Shown here: in pieces, positions 12,405 to 24,944 of the stretch | How the letters are laid out: each line of letters starts with the position of its first letter | Position numbering within the stretch: position 1 is the stretch's first letter | Assembly: GCF_006345805.1 (NCBI RefSeq) | Contig: NC_043001.1 | Location: 40,424,001-40,488,000 of the forward strand | Length of the DNA stretch: 64,000 nt | Origin: Octopus sinensis | Lineage: Eukaryota | Reading direction: 5' to 3' | Notes under the pieces: generated by a model | What the model was told of the DNA's origin: nothing | What the model saw: the letters and a program-made list of their open reading frames with translations, nothing else | The model's database searches: none | Translations under genes and position numbers: made by a program

Positions 12405-12605
12405 CTCTTTAGCATTTAAGCCAGACAATACTCCATTTTGCTCAAACTGACTAGATCTGGCTTCTTACACCTATCCTACAATGTCACTCTAAAAACAAAC
12501 AATGACATCTTTGAAATCTTGAAGTTACAAGATAATGCATGATTATTAATTCAAAACAATGTGAATAAATAGGTTTTCTGATAATCTGAATGCTTAAGTG
12601 TTAAT
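12405..12605. mobile_element. piggyBac-type MITE (about 200-bp family), diverged
   Basis: ctttagcattt...cacctatcctacaatgtca...aatgcttaagtgttaa. Related copies at 14668-14885 and 48425-48620. Confidence 0.55.
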
Positions 12606-13469
12606 GTTAATTTAGTAACACCCATTTCAACAATTCCTAGTAACTGGCAACCACACATATTCAGTCACAATATCTTCTTTGTATTTAAGCAAATCAAGAG
12701 CTTACTCTATAACATTTATTTAAAAAATTGAAATCAAAGTAAATCCAGCAAGCCAGTCTTTAGTTCTCGTTATGGTGCAAATAGGAAATTCAGGCACTGG
12801 GACACACTTGCTTTGGAGGGGGAAGAGGAAGGTGCAGGAGAGATCACCTATATCAACTGAGTACACAACTAATGCTTATATTATTGAAGTTGAGGTGACA
12901 CTGAACAGCAAAGTCTGCTGTGGTGATATTAGAACTCAGTATCTAAATAGGAAATGTTATGTAGTTAAGGTCTCTGTAAAAGACTCAGGTTCCATGCTCA
13001 ATACCAGTGTTGTATTTCAGGAAAGTATCTTCTCCCATATCCTAAGAATCACCAATACTTTGTGAGAATAATTTAGACACATACTCAGTTGAAGTCCATT
13101 GTAAATATGTATGCACATGTAGCAATTTGCCAAATAAAGGACAAGAAAATAGGTTGCAAGAATGAAATAAGTTTGAGGTGATTGACCAAACCCTTGTAGG
13201 CAGTGTCCCAGCATGGCCACAGTACAATGATTGAAACCAGCAAGATATCTTGTTTTTGGTTGTTGCTTAACCTCAATGCAACTGATAAAAATTATATGAA
13301 ATACATATCCATTGACATAATTAACCTTCCACATACAGCATATCAGTGATGTGCTGCTGAGTAAGTACAACTGGTTTCCACAATCCATTTGGTTGATGTA
13401 CACAACACTTTGTTTTAAATGATGAACAGCAAGTTAGGGTATGGTAGCACTAGAACATTAGCCTAGTTC

Positions 13470-13568
13470 AGTGGTTCCCAACCTGTAGACTGCAAAAGTA
13501 GTAGTGGATCCATGAGAAAACTCATTTAAATAAAAGGGGTCCTTGTTAGTGAAAAGTTTGGAAACCTA
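13470..13568. mobile_element. Short hAT-type MITE
   Basis: Starts CAGTGGTTCCCAACCT and ends ...aagtttggaaaccta, an imperfect match to the hAT/Charlie-type terminus. Confidence 0.5.
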
Positions 13569-14667
13569 GTTGAATCTCAAGATGAAAGTACCCGCACCCC
13601 CTTACGAGTTACCATGAATGCTAAGCTCACACCACCACCATTGCTTCTTGCTTTTGCATTTAATATCTTGTATGTGCATTTGTTGTCCACAAGTTAATTC
13701 TTTTCTTGCAGGTTGTGTTAAGTGCATCTTCCATGTCAACAGAGGTAATCATTGAGTCTAACATTTCATCTGCAATCACAGGGTACTCTTCAGTTGCTAG
13801 TAACACCTAGATCGCAGGCTAGTACTTCAAAGAAAAATAACATTGATCAGAAATAATTACATTTTATATAGTATGAGTATCTATGAATTTATTACCATCA
13901 CATGGCCGGTACTTTTTGCAGAGTTAACAGCAACTTAGGTACTCATCTATTACGTTCCAGATTGATGTATAGATAATACAGCAATCTCATTTGTTCTACA
14001 GTAAAAAATTTATCATTTGGTAAAGAGTAAAAAGTATAACACCTTTTATAAATAATTCAGTATAATAAACTTCCATAAGGTATCTTTGCACCCCTTTTTT
14101 TCTTCTTCATTTATAACACTGATTGGCCCATGAGATTGTATAATTTATTTTTGTTTGTCATGCAGGTTTATTTCTGTATATGTATGTAACTTGAAAATAT
14201 TTTTAATATAAACTTTCTATACAGGTTTAATAAATTTAAGTTTGAGAATTATTTTTTTAAATTATTGCATTCTCAATATCATTGAACTACAAATGTTGAC
14301 AGGTATGTTGTAAGCTAGCCTTTTGGTGCATGTTATTTTCAACTGGAATGGAAACAACAAAAATTTATTTTTAAACTCATTTCTCTATGCATGTCACCAT
14401 TTAAGTATAAATACTTAATTACTAATCTTATAAGTTTGATCTGTTGATTTTGTATAAAATAGCCTCATGTCAATAACAGAAGTCCACTTGCCAGAGGGAA
14501 AAAACTGTTGGTAGACTGCATAGAAGTTCTCCGTAAACATCTTGAAGGTGCAATCATAAGAAGAGTCAATGCATTACACCTGCACAAAGTATGTTAACAA
14601 TGTGGCCTGTAAATTTATATATTGTTTTATGCTCTCACTTAGTAATGTCATCATGTCTTGGGCATTT

Positions 14668-14885
14668 TAACCTTTAGTATTCAAACCGGCCATACCAGGC
14701 CCAAATAGCCCCTGTATTTTGTTCAAACTGACCAGATCAGGCCTCTCACACCTACCATACAATGTCATTCTAAAAATAAGCACAATCAAAATCTCAAAGC
14801 TACAAGATAACGTATGATAAATTCAAAACAATGCGGATAAATAAGCATTGCATATGATAGAGTAATCTGTATGCTAGGGGGTTAA
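14668..14885. mobile_element. piggyBac-type MITE (about 200-bp family)
   Basis: ttaa-cctttagtattc...gtatgctagggg-gttaa, with TTAA-like flanks and short inverted ends. Confidence 0.6.
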
Positions 14886-15390
14886 ACTTTGCAGAGAACA
14901 TCTCTTTCCTGGCCTAGGAAAAAAAATTTATTTCTCGAGAGAAACTCCAGTTCTGGTCATGGCAAAGCTGGCTTCAGAGGTAAATGAAAAACAACATATG
15001 ATTTGAAATTAATGACTATTACCTGGAAGTTGATACCAAGAAATATTCTTCAAATATTGAATATTGTATTGTTTAATTAGTATTTAATGTGCAATTTATA
15101 TGGATGAAAATTATCTTGCATGAAGATTTAAAATTGTAGTGAACCATAAAACTAATTACTTCATCACTAGGAAACCAAGAATTAAATGCTTTGAAATTAC
15201 ATTCATATGTGGTGATCAACCTGCATTGCTATAAGTCTATCGTGTGACAAGAGTAGATATTAAATTTTTTCTTTCCTATTTAAAGTATGTCTTTGAGTTC
15301 ATTAACATCTAGCTCTGTAATACATTGATGTATCTTAATTTGGCTGTAGAATTTGAGCACCAAGAGTTTTTAAGGCCTTAGCATCAAGCA

Positions 15391-15590
15391 GTGTATATGA
15401 AATGACTTCAAAAGATCTGCATAGCACCTATTCCAAAGAAAAGCATGTCTTGCCTCAGTATCTTTTTCCACACATCTGACAAGTTACATAATACTGAAGG
15501 GTATATGAAATGATTTCACAAGATCTACTGCAAGCACCTATTCCAAAGAAAAACATGCCTTGCCTCAATATCTCTTTTTCATACATCCAT
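15391..15590. repeat. Two diverged tandem copies of an approximately 110-bp unit
   Basis: gtatatgaaatga(c/t)ttca..agatct...gcacctattccaaagaaaa(g/a)catg(t/c)cttgcctca(g/a)tatct occurs twice. Confidence 0.75.
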
Positions 15591-16893
15591 GCTAGCATGG
15601 AAGGTGGACGTTAAACGATGATGAATACTTAAAGCTTTTTAACAACTGAAATATTTTCACTGGTACAGCAGAAGTTAAATTTAACCTCATTAACGATCCC
15701 AATGTAATAAAATCAAAACAAATTTCGAAATGTTGCTTCAGGATACACCTGAACTTCTGGTCATTTAGTGAATATTTGAGGAGTCAGGGAAAATAATTTC
15801 TTAGAAATTGACGTTATATTTTGAAGTGGGAGGGGGTGCGTATAACATCATGCTGAACATGAAAAGTCGTGTTTATAAACACTGAAGCTCAACTAATTTT
15901 CTTGATCCAAGCTTTTAGAAAATATTTTATAGATTTATATAAATTGGCATCATTTTTGTCGGAGGAATCATATATAGGGATTCAACTTTCTGAACACTAG
16001 TTAGGACCTAAGTTACAGAGGAGATTTAACAAAGATATTTATCATAAGCCACATTTTTTTTGTTATACTCATCTAATATACTCTTAAGCTGAATGTATAA
16101 TGTTCCTACAACTGAGATAGGACACCTTTTATTATGTTACACCAACTCAAATTTCTATACCACAGAAATGGCTGGGTGGTTAAAAGGATTGCTCCACAAC
16201 CATGTGGTTTTGGGTTCAATCCCACTTTGGATGTCTTCTATTATAGCTAGGGCTATAGAAGACTATGGTAAATAAAGACGTATGTGTGTGCACAGGTTAA
16301 TGTTGATATTTTATGCTCGTCACTAACTGCTTGAGCAAATGATAATATTGTTGTCATTCTTTGCTAACATTATAACCAGGTACTTAGGAAGAACATTCTG
16401 CTGCAAAATCCTGCTTCAAATAAGTCCTTGTGTAAGCCATACTAGCATGAAAAAAGTGGATGTTAGATAAACATGAAAACAAGGCAGACTATTCTTTAAA
16501 AAACAAAACAAAAAAAAAATGCTTGTGCAGAACTGATTCAGGATAAACAACAGGAACATGTTCATCAAAAGGATGTTTCAACACACACATTTAGCATATT
16601 GTGCTGGTCATTCTTTAAGTTTGTTGTTAAGGGCACTAAATCCATAGTTACCTATAAATATGCCATTTCAAAATAGGTTTACATTTGCAGAAATAGTATA
16701 TTGCATTAGATGTCTTAACTTTCTTGTTAAAGGCTCACTAGAGACATGGATAGATCATAACTATTATCATAAAACTATGACTTATGATACATGCAAACTT
16801 TAGTAAAAATATTTCCAATCAATAGACTAGGCATTAAGAATTTCTGTGAGCACTGCGTAATTCTACCTAATCAAATACAGCTGTAGTAGACCA

Positions 16894-17082
16894 TCATCAT
16901 CATCATCGTTTAGCGTCTGTTTTCCATGCTAGCATGGGTTGGACGGTTCAACTAGGGTCTGTGAAGCCAGAAGGCTTCATCAGGCCCAGTCAGATCTGGC
17001 AGTGTTTCTACGGTTGGATGCCCTTCCTAACACCAACCACTCCGTGAGTGTAGTGGGTGCTTTTTACGTGCCACCCGCACAG
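16894..17082 (-). mobile_element. RTE-LINE 3' tail copy
   Basis: (CAT)n...ccatgctagcatgggttggacgg...ggatgcccttcctaac...ttttacgtgccacc. Confidence 0.75.
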
Positions 17083-17486
17083 ATGTTCACAATTTATCAG
17101 CACTTTGATGACATTCACAGTCACAATATAGTCACACAATCACATCACAGAATAAATAAATAACAAGAAGAAGTTATGCTTAATGTTATATTACAGATTC
17201 ACCTGAAAGAAGCAAAAAGATTTGTATGCTGTGATGGTGGAAATATTAGTGAAGACTAAAAAAAGAAACATTTTGGTACAGTTTAGCTGACAGCACATAA
17301 CTCCACTTCTCTACAGCCCAGTTTTTTGGTCCAATATAACCATGAGGCAGTCAACCTATGTGTGTGTATGTGTGTATTATATATGTGTATACATATATGT
17401 GTATATATATATATATATCATTTTTTATGAAGTCAGTCTGTATATCTTTAGAAAACTTTCCTTTTAAAGTTTCTATTCATGAGTTG

Positions 17487-17810
17487 TTAGTCAAATCTGA
17501 AGCGTTTCTTGGGTGGACCTCCATGATTATCAAATCTATTATTTCTCCAGTCTGGTCTGCGGCCTCTGTTAAACCCACCACCGCCACCGCCTCTAGAGTT
17601 CCTGTCACGTCCCCAGCCACCTCCATAACCGCCGCCACCACCGCCTCCTCCTCCTCCACCTCCATAGCCTCGTCTTCCATTCCTCATTGCGTTGTTGTCT
17701 TCTATTAGTTCTGGCAGTTCAGTTGCTTTTTCTAATGATTCATGTTTTGAGTTTAACCATTTCATTTCCAAAAGCCGCACCATATCTGCTGGGACATCTA
17801 GGACACCACC
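17487..17810 (-). CDS. DDX21: DDX21/DDX50-like helicase, last coding exon (GUCT end plus Gly/Arg-rich tail)
   Basis: Acceptor ttttag. Reads GGVLDVPADMVRLLEMKW...LEKATELPEL...RGYGGGG...RGG...GGPPKKRFRFD*. 324 nt, phase 0. Confidence 0.93.
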   Translation of the reverse strand, partial: GGVLDVPADMVRLLEMKWLNSKHESLEKATELPELIEDNNAMRNGRRGYGGGGGGGGGGGGYGGGWGRDRNSRGGGGGGFNRGRRPDWRNNRFDNHGGPPKKRFRFD

Positions 17811-17992
17811 CTAAAATACAAAAACAGAATTGTCAAGGAGTTTAAATTTGATCTATATATTATCTATACAGAATAAATAATTTAGCCATTATAGAAAAAT
17901 AAACCAAAAAATCTAGCAATTAATATTTACTACAAGTATTACATATCAATAACGAATGTTAAAAATAGAGGTAAATTCTTACAAATACTCAC

Positions 17993-18124
17993 TTTTTTGT
18001 CTTTTGTTAAACGAATTTCTCCGACTTTATAGGACATTTCTGGCACCTGTCGCTCCAAACAATTTAACAGATAGCCTGGGGAACGAATTTCTGTATTGGT
18101 TCGCAAAACAAAAGATACATAACC
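17993..18124 (-). CDS. DDX21: DDX21/DDX50-like helicase exon (GUCT domain)
   Basis: ag|GYVSFVLRTNTEIRSPGYLLNCLERQVPEMSYKVGEIRLTKDKK|gtgagt. 132 nt, phase 0/0. Confidence 0.9.
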
Positions 18125-19156
18125 CTAAAATGTATAAAAAGAAATTAAACTAATAAAAAGACATCTCCAAAATCTGAACAATGGAACAAATACAAAAGCT
18201 ATAATGTAATGTAACTATAAGAGTTCTATAATAGATGATTGTTAGCATGGCTCTCCAATACTATCCTTACTCAAGAAGTTGGATATACACAAAGGTAAAG
18301 AACTTATGGAATCTCAGGAAAACGGCGATGGCCTGCAACAAGCATTGTAGGATTGTTCTCTCGAATATAGAGAGCTTTACAGACTCATAAGTCTTCTCCA
18401 CTCTACAACCTCAGTAACTTGCTTGCTCCTATTTCCTTCTTTATTACTTTTTAGCTAGTTCTCTTTCTTTTACTTTCTCCCACACTCATTTCTATCATTC
18501 TTCTTACTCACTCACATCCTTCCACAGCATGTAACACACCACCTACTTATTTATCTTCATACATTCCACCAGAGTCTATTCCCATCATCCCTTATACTTC
18601 AGCGTTTTGTCCTATCTAAGCAATAAACACTGATCAATATAACTATTATCGTTTTACACTTTCTAGCCTCTTCTACTGCTTTGCATTCATTACTCACACA
18701 TATTTTGCTCTCCTCATTGGAGTGTCATGCAATTCTGGCAACACTATCTATGCACATCTTACTGCTGTCAAATCTGATCCTACTCCTCTATTCAATATAT
18801 CTCCTAAGTAACAATGCTTTCACACCATTTCCAACATCCAACTCAACACTTCATACATACATTTATAATATAATTGCCGTATTGGTTAATAACTTTCACA
18901 CTATTGCATTTATAATTAACTCCTCTAGCACATATTGTACATTTAATAAAGTGAACTTCTTGTTATCTTGGTTTAGAAAAAAAACATTTAGAAAAAGTGG
19001 GCTTCAATTTAAATCTTTTATCTTCAACCAACATAACTACTAGAAATATACTGTATACAAAGTGATCTGCTACATTTTACCAAACTGTCAAAACACTCAC
19101 CATTCCTCCAAAACACAGACATATACACAATACAACAGAATTAAAGGATACTTTAC

Positions 19157-19316
19157 CTCTTTAGCACTTAAAAGTGATCGAGAAATAATTTTTGTGCTTT
19201 TAGAAATAACTGCAAGTGCTGCGGCAAGAGCATTCTCAGCTCCTCGTTCCTCAATAAGAATATTGGCAGAGTCTCTAAAATAATCTAAAGTTTCATCAGG
19301 AACATTATCTAAAGAT
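19157..19316 (-). CDS. DDX21: DDX21/DDX50-like helicase exon
   Basis: ag|A-SLDNVPDETLDYFRDSANILIEERGAENALAAALAVISKSTKIISRSLLSAKE|gtaaag. The AAALAxISG-like and RSLL motifs are typical of DDX21. 160 nt. Confidence 0.93.
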
Positions 19317-20148
19317 CTACAAAAGAAACAGAAAAACAATTAGTACCAATTTGCTTTTTTCAATTTATTGGGGAGAGGAGGAAGAGGATCAAGTCACTTA
19401 AGCTTTAAAATGATCAGTAATTACTTTGCCTACCATCATTACTTTCAGATTCAAAGGCATATTACTAAAGGCCAAAAGTAAAATAAATCTTCACTGAAAA
19501 GGTTGTGCATAGCTGGGTTCTTGAAACAATTTAATGGACTACATGAGGAATTAAATCAACCCATATTAAGAACTTGACATGGAATATTGACATTTCTAAT
19601 ATCTTGCCTCAAAAGTGAAATATCATAAACTGCACTAGGCTATCTTGGAGTAGACATCTTGATGAAATAGGTCATCTCTCAAGATATTGAAATTACTGAA
19701 ATTCAACTTTATTAGACAAAAAGAGATTTCGGGTGTTAATAGTAAAAACGATATTTGAAGAGGAAGAAAATTATGTAAACTAGTGCAACAATGCCATATT
19801 GTAAAAGATCAGAGTTTTCAGCACCAACACAAAAATTAGGATGAGAATTTCTTCAAATTTACTTTTCTTTGGGTAAAACTTACTCAGAACAAGGGCAAGC
19901 AATCAGTCAAATTACAAGTTACAACAATTCCCAGGTAAAACAGGTATAGATTTTTTTTATTAAGATCAATACTTTGTTCTCTGTATGTGCTTATATATTC
20001 TACTGGAATTTTAATAGCTTTTCTACATTTTAAAGCTGAAACAGCTGTAAGCTAATGAAGTTGATTGCATATGTCCTGTTCCCTAGTCATTCAATAATAA
20101 ATATACATATCAAACATAACCCTACAATAAAAAGATATTACACATTAC

Positions 20149-20222
20149 CTTGCAGCATCTTTAGCATACGTTTTGATGATATCTACTGTGGTTGGTGGAC
20201 CAATTCGCTTAAAATTGACACC
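20149..20222 (-). CDS. DDX21: DDX21/DDX50-like helicase exon
   Basis: ag|GVNFKRIGPPTTVDIIKTYAKDAA-AG|gtaatg. 74 nt, phases fit both neighbours. Confidence 0.92.
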
Positions 20223-20459
20223 CTATAAAAGAATGTTTTATTTAATAAAAGCAAAGTTGAAAATCTAACAATTACTCCAAATACATCATATAAGTGTATA
20301 TCTATTTTAATCTACTTTATTTTTACTGGTTTCAATTACAGGAATGCAACCAGTGTGGGGTTTTAATTGATCCTACAGACCTCCATATATATCTCAGTCT
20401 GGTACATATTTCAGCAAATTGCTATGTTATAGAAAGGCAATTCAACACACTCTTCTTAA

Positions 20460-20677
20460 CCCTTTTGTTACTGTATTTATTTTGAGATGCTCTGTTTCTT
20501 TCAATTACTTTAAATATAAGAAAGAATTTAGTAAAATAACTTAGTTATCATTCAGCTAGTATTAGGAACATAAATTGTGACTAAGGTTTGGTGGAAGATC
20601 TTAATTCAAAACTTATAAAAACAAGACATTTGTACTCAGAGCCAGAGCCAGTTTCAGCCAGGTTGGTAATGAAAGGT
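20460..20677. mobile_element. piggyBac-type MITE
   Basis: TTAA|cccttttgttac...ggtaatgaaaggt|TTAA, with the same termini as 21806-22829 and 31081-32160. Confidence 0.7.
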
Positions 20678-21236
20678 TTAAAGCAACCAAATATGCTTCC
20701 TGTTGCCAGTTCTTTCTCACTATATTCCACCGCTCTCCAGAGTTGCTAGATATACTCTTTATAGGGGACATGGCACAATGTCAATGTGAGGATGCATGGA
20801 GAAGCTCAAACAATATACACACATATAAACAAGCCTCAGCATAGTTTCAGCCAACGACATATGCTCAAGGTATAATGCAGTGAGGTCAAAGCTGAAACCA
20901 TGTGGTTACAATTACAACTTGTTAACCACACAGCCACGCATGTGTGCGTGCACACATGCAAAGTCAACATGGTTTCCACCAACAAATTCCACTCAATGCA
21001 TGGGTTAACCTGAGGTTTCAGTCAAAAGTACCTTTCCCAAGGTACTGTGCAGTAGCTTGAAACCCAAGACCAAAATAGTGGTATAGCAAACTTCTTAATT
21101 TTTTTTTTTTACTGACCTACCTATGGGTCAAGTAGTGGTGTTAAACAGATTAAAGGACTATGTCTATTCCATATATGAACTTTAATTTGATAACAATAAG
21201 AGAATAAAATGATATGCATAATATAAAATAACTCAC

Positions 21237-21461
21237 AGCTCTTCGTTCAACTTGCATAAGGTCACTTTCTTGGCGCGGTGAATAAAATAAAACACTTATC
21301 CCTGAACGGCCAGCACGTCCTGTTCTTCCAGAGCGATGTATATAGGCATCTGTATCTTTTGGTGGACTACACTGCACAACTAAATCAACCTCCGGTATAT
21401 CTAAGCCTCTTGCAGCAACATCAGTTGTTAGAAGAACTTTGTACTTACTATCGCGGAAGCT
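21237..21461 (-). CDS. DDX21: DDX21/DDX50-like helicase exon (motifs V and VI)
   Basis: ag|[75 protein letters not shown]|gtgagt. 225 nt. Confidence 0.96.
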
Positions 21462-21805
21462 CTGAATATTAACACAAGTAGAAGGATAGATTCAGAAAAG
21501 GAGAAAAGCCACAAAAAAAAAAACAAAACAAAACTAAAGTATACAAATGAAAAATGTTGAATCACACACACACAAAACTAAATCCATATTATTCCTATGT
21601 ATTTAATGCTATCTTCTGTACTAGTAGTAATATTTCTGAAATAACTGCAGCTGTCATCATAAATTTTATTTACATATACACCAATTTAACCAGTGAAACA
21701 GCACCCCCCCCCCCAGTACTAATAAGTACAAAATTCATATTGTATCTTAAGATAATTATTTCTAGATGTATTTAATTTAGGACTGCTATTCAGTGAAGAA
21801 TTTAA

Positions 21806-22829
21806 CCCTTTCGTTACTATATTTCTGACCAAAATATACCCCTTATGTGTTTCAATTAATTTCTAACATAATCATAAACTTAGTCTGGTTTCATTAAACA
21901 ACTATAACTTTTTTTATTTATCAATATATTAATGTGATTTTTGGAAGATAATTTAATGAAATGTTCTAAACCAATTCTATACTATAATTTTTGTCACAAA
22001 GTGACTAATTGCAGGTAGATACAGGTAAATTCAACAAAATATAAATTATTAAATTTTTGTTCAAACATCGCTATAGAAAATGGGTTTTAGCTAATATTCA
22101 ATTGGGATACAATAAAATTTTACTATAGAATTGTTATTCTGGGTAACTTTCTGATACCCATAATAATATTTATAGCAACATAAGCCTTAATTTCATTTAA
22201 GGTTGTGGGAAACCACAAACTATCCCTTCTTTCGCTTTGTTTACATTTAGCGTAACGGTTCGTTTCCGCTGTAATTTTCTGATACTCGGTTCGTTTCCGC
22301 TGTAATGATTTCAATAGGCTCATTCGAAAAAGTAAAAAGAAAATCTAAGGCTTTACTCTCCTGGAAAGATTGTGGCTTGGTCAGTTTCTTCAGAAAATCA
22401 CTGAAAGAAACAGTTTTATCAATTTTCATTCCATTCAGGTGCCAATTCATTACTGTTTCATTTTCGGAAAATGAAACATGGGATTCATTATCAAATACCA
22501 CGTGCTTTTTTTTTTTTCAGTCATAGAGTTAGATTTATCAAGGTCTTCAGTAGAAAAGCCTTCGAATTCTGACTCGTTGCTTGATATAATGAAATTTGTA
22601 TCCATTTTTTGTCAGAATTACAAATTTTGAAAACAATAGGAACAAATTTTGGAAAAAAATCTCCCAAAATTCACGGAATTAAAATTACACTTTGATCCTT
22701 GTACAAAACTGCAGATGAACTGTTTACGAAGTATAATCACGTGTTTTCACGAATGTACTAAAGAGATTTGCTCTGATATTCTCATTTAAATATGAATAGG
22801 TAAATACAGGCGGCTTGGTAACGAAAGGG
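21806..22829 (-). mobile_element. Non-autonomous piggyBac element carrying a transposase N-terminal remnant
   Basis: TTAA|CCCTTTCGTTAC...GTAACGAAAGGG|TTAA. The remnant reads ...EIITAETNRYAKCKQ...WFPTTLNEIKAYVAINIIMGIRKLPRI (PGBD-like). It is an inverted near-copy of 31081-32160. Confidence 0.88.
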
Positions 22830-22952
22830 TTAAACAAATATTGCACAGAAATAAATAAAACTAATTAATGAGCAGTCTTTCATTAAGTTCAATGTAACCA
22901 TTAATTATACTTAAAATTTAATCAAGATATAAAGTTTAAATAAATATCTTAC

Positions 22953-23159
22953 CTTAAGGACAAGTTCTCTCTTATCTTGGGGAATGTCACCATGCAACAC
23001 ATGAGCATCTAACTTCATTGAAGCACTAACAGCAAGCTCATCAGCTTGCTTTTTTGTTTGACAGAACACAATGGCACGGCCATGATTACCACTGTACACT
23101 TGGATTATATCAGCAATAATACTGTTACGGTCTTGAATGCTACATTTGATAGCAAGGTG
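22953..23159 (-). CDS. DDX21: DDX21/DDX50-like helicase exon (motifs IV and IVa)
   Basis: ag|HLAIKCSIQDRNSIIADIIQVYSGNHGRAIVFCQTKKQADELAVSASMKLDAHVLHGDIPQDKRELVLK|gtaaga. 207 nt. Confidence 0.96.
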
Positions 23160-23767
23160 CTGGAAAGTAAAAATTATATTTTTTTAAAAGTCTGCATTTA
23201 TAATCAATGTTATTTCAATAGCTTTGTGACAAAATCAAATAAGATCCATGCTCTAGTTTTGAAATGATTGAAAATTTAACCAACCTTTGTATTAACTGTT
23301 ATAAATAATTAGTGTTTAAAATACAACGCAGCAAAAAAGTCTTATATAATACTGATAGAACTTTTACCCACTGAAATCACTTGCTTTCCTTTGTGCAATA
23401 AGATTTTGGTTGATGTTTCTATTTAAAAGTAAGCCTTCTTAGTACTGAAAAGTCTAAGACAGCAAAACAAAGCTGATTTTTTTAAAGTGCTAAAATTTTC
23501 TTTGACCACAAGTAACAGCTGAGTGAAAGCTTATAATGCTGCTAAAAGAAATACCATAGGATTACAAGACTAATATTGAACATGAATTTGGCAAAAGGTC
23601 AGAAATTTATGATACTTATGAGATTTTATAACACCCATGTAAATCTCCAGATTATGGTAAATTAGATGTAATATTAACAGCTAATCTATCCTGAACTGGA
23701 ACCTAAACAAATATTTCTTTTAATAGCAGAGCAATTAAAATGTAAACTTTAGAGCTGCATAACATAC

Positions 23768-23916
23768 CTGTACAGTTGTAGAAGTCTTTATTTGTTGCTG
23801 GCCAATCAAATCAACTTTCTTAACATCTTTTTTCATGTATTTTTGGGCAGTTCTATACACCCATGGCGGCAGAGTTGCAGAAAACAGTAACGTCTGTGGT
23901 TTATGTCCTTCATCCT
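23768..23916 (-). CDS. DDX21: DDX21/DDX50-like helicase exon (motif III, SAT)
   Basis: ag|AG-DEGHKPQTLLFSATLPPWVYRTAQKYMKKDVKKVDLIGQQQIKTSTTVQ|gtatgt. 149 nt. Confidence 0.96.
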
Positions 23917-24543
23917 CTGTGGAATTACAAAAAATAAATTGCTGAATGTACAGTTCAATCAGAATAACATTAGCTAAGTTACACATCAAAGAATTTATCT
24001 ATTAAAAAACCCACATGATGCAAATAAGGAATTTACCATCCCTTATTCCTATGAATTATAAGAATGTAAGATGAACAGTAATATAATTCTAATTTGGTAC
24101 ATACCATCCTAAGAATACATGAAGTGAATGTCCATACATGCAAAGACACTAACCATAAAGTAGATAAACATTTAGCCACTCACACTTTCCACAGAATCCA
24201 CACTATACAAATATGTGGGCATGTGTGCATGCACACACACTCTCACATAAAGAATCCACATCATGTCAGTCAGATATTCTCACCTTCTCATAAATATAAA
24301 TAAAGAATTAGTAAACTAGGTAGAAAGGGTATGTCATTGATAAAGATGTGAATGGCAATGAAAAATGAGGGTCCACTGAAAGTTATTTTAATAAGGAAAT
24401 ATGTATTATTTGTATAGAAAAATGTGAACTACATATATTTAACTATGCTTTTACTTTTAGTAAATAGATTTTGTGTACCAAGTGTTACAATAAACTTGCT
24501 CTTATCATCAAATGGTTAATTTCAAAATTTCTACAGGTATTAC

Positions 24544-24729
24544 CTTTGTCATAAGCAACCTTTAAAATTTCATCAACAGATTCAGCAAAGCCCATGTCCA
24601 ACATCTGGTCAACTTCATCCAAAACGACATGTTTAGCTTTCTGCAAAGACATATTGCCTTTCTGGATGTGATCAAGAATACGACCTGGTGTGCCAACCAA
24701 GATGTCCAGGCCCTTCCACAATGCACGCT
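24544..24729 (-). CDS. DDX21: DDX21/DDX50-like helicase exon (motifs Ib and II, DEVD)
   Basis: ag|[64 protein letters not shown]|gtaata. DEVD is characteristic of DDX21/50. 186 nt. Confidence 0.96.
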
Positions 24730-24944
24730 CTAAAAGAAATAAGAATCTTGTTGAATACATGAAATGATAGTATAGCAGAAAACAAGTCATTGATATAAAG
24801 ATATAAATATCTGCTAATCTATGTAATGAATTGGCTAATTACACAGCTAAAATAAATTATTTTACCACATGCAACCCTCAGAATGTAAGGAATTGGGGAT
24901 CACATGAAAATATTTATTGCATTTTATACAATTACTTATTTAAA

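Noticed and set aside
12772-13065. 97-aa plus-strand ORF
   Set aside because: No motif or splice support. Possibly decayed transposon sequence.
13600-13810. 48-codon minus-strand open frame after a possible acceptor (VLLATEEYPVIADEMLDS...)
   Set aside because: No recognisable homology and no partner exons. It cannot be distinguished from chance or a decayed element.
17358-17708. Overlapping ORFs (plus 116 aa Thr/Ala/Ser-rich; minus 67 aa Glu/Val/Ala-rich)
   Set aside because: They are alternative frames of the GGN-repeat tail of the helicase plus a microsatellite.
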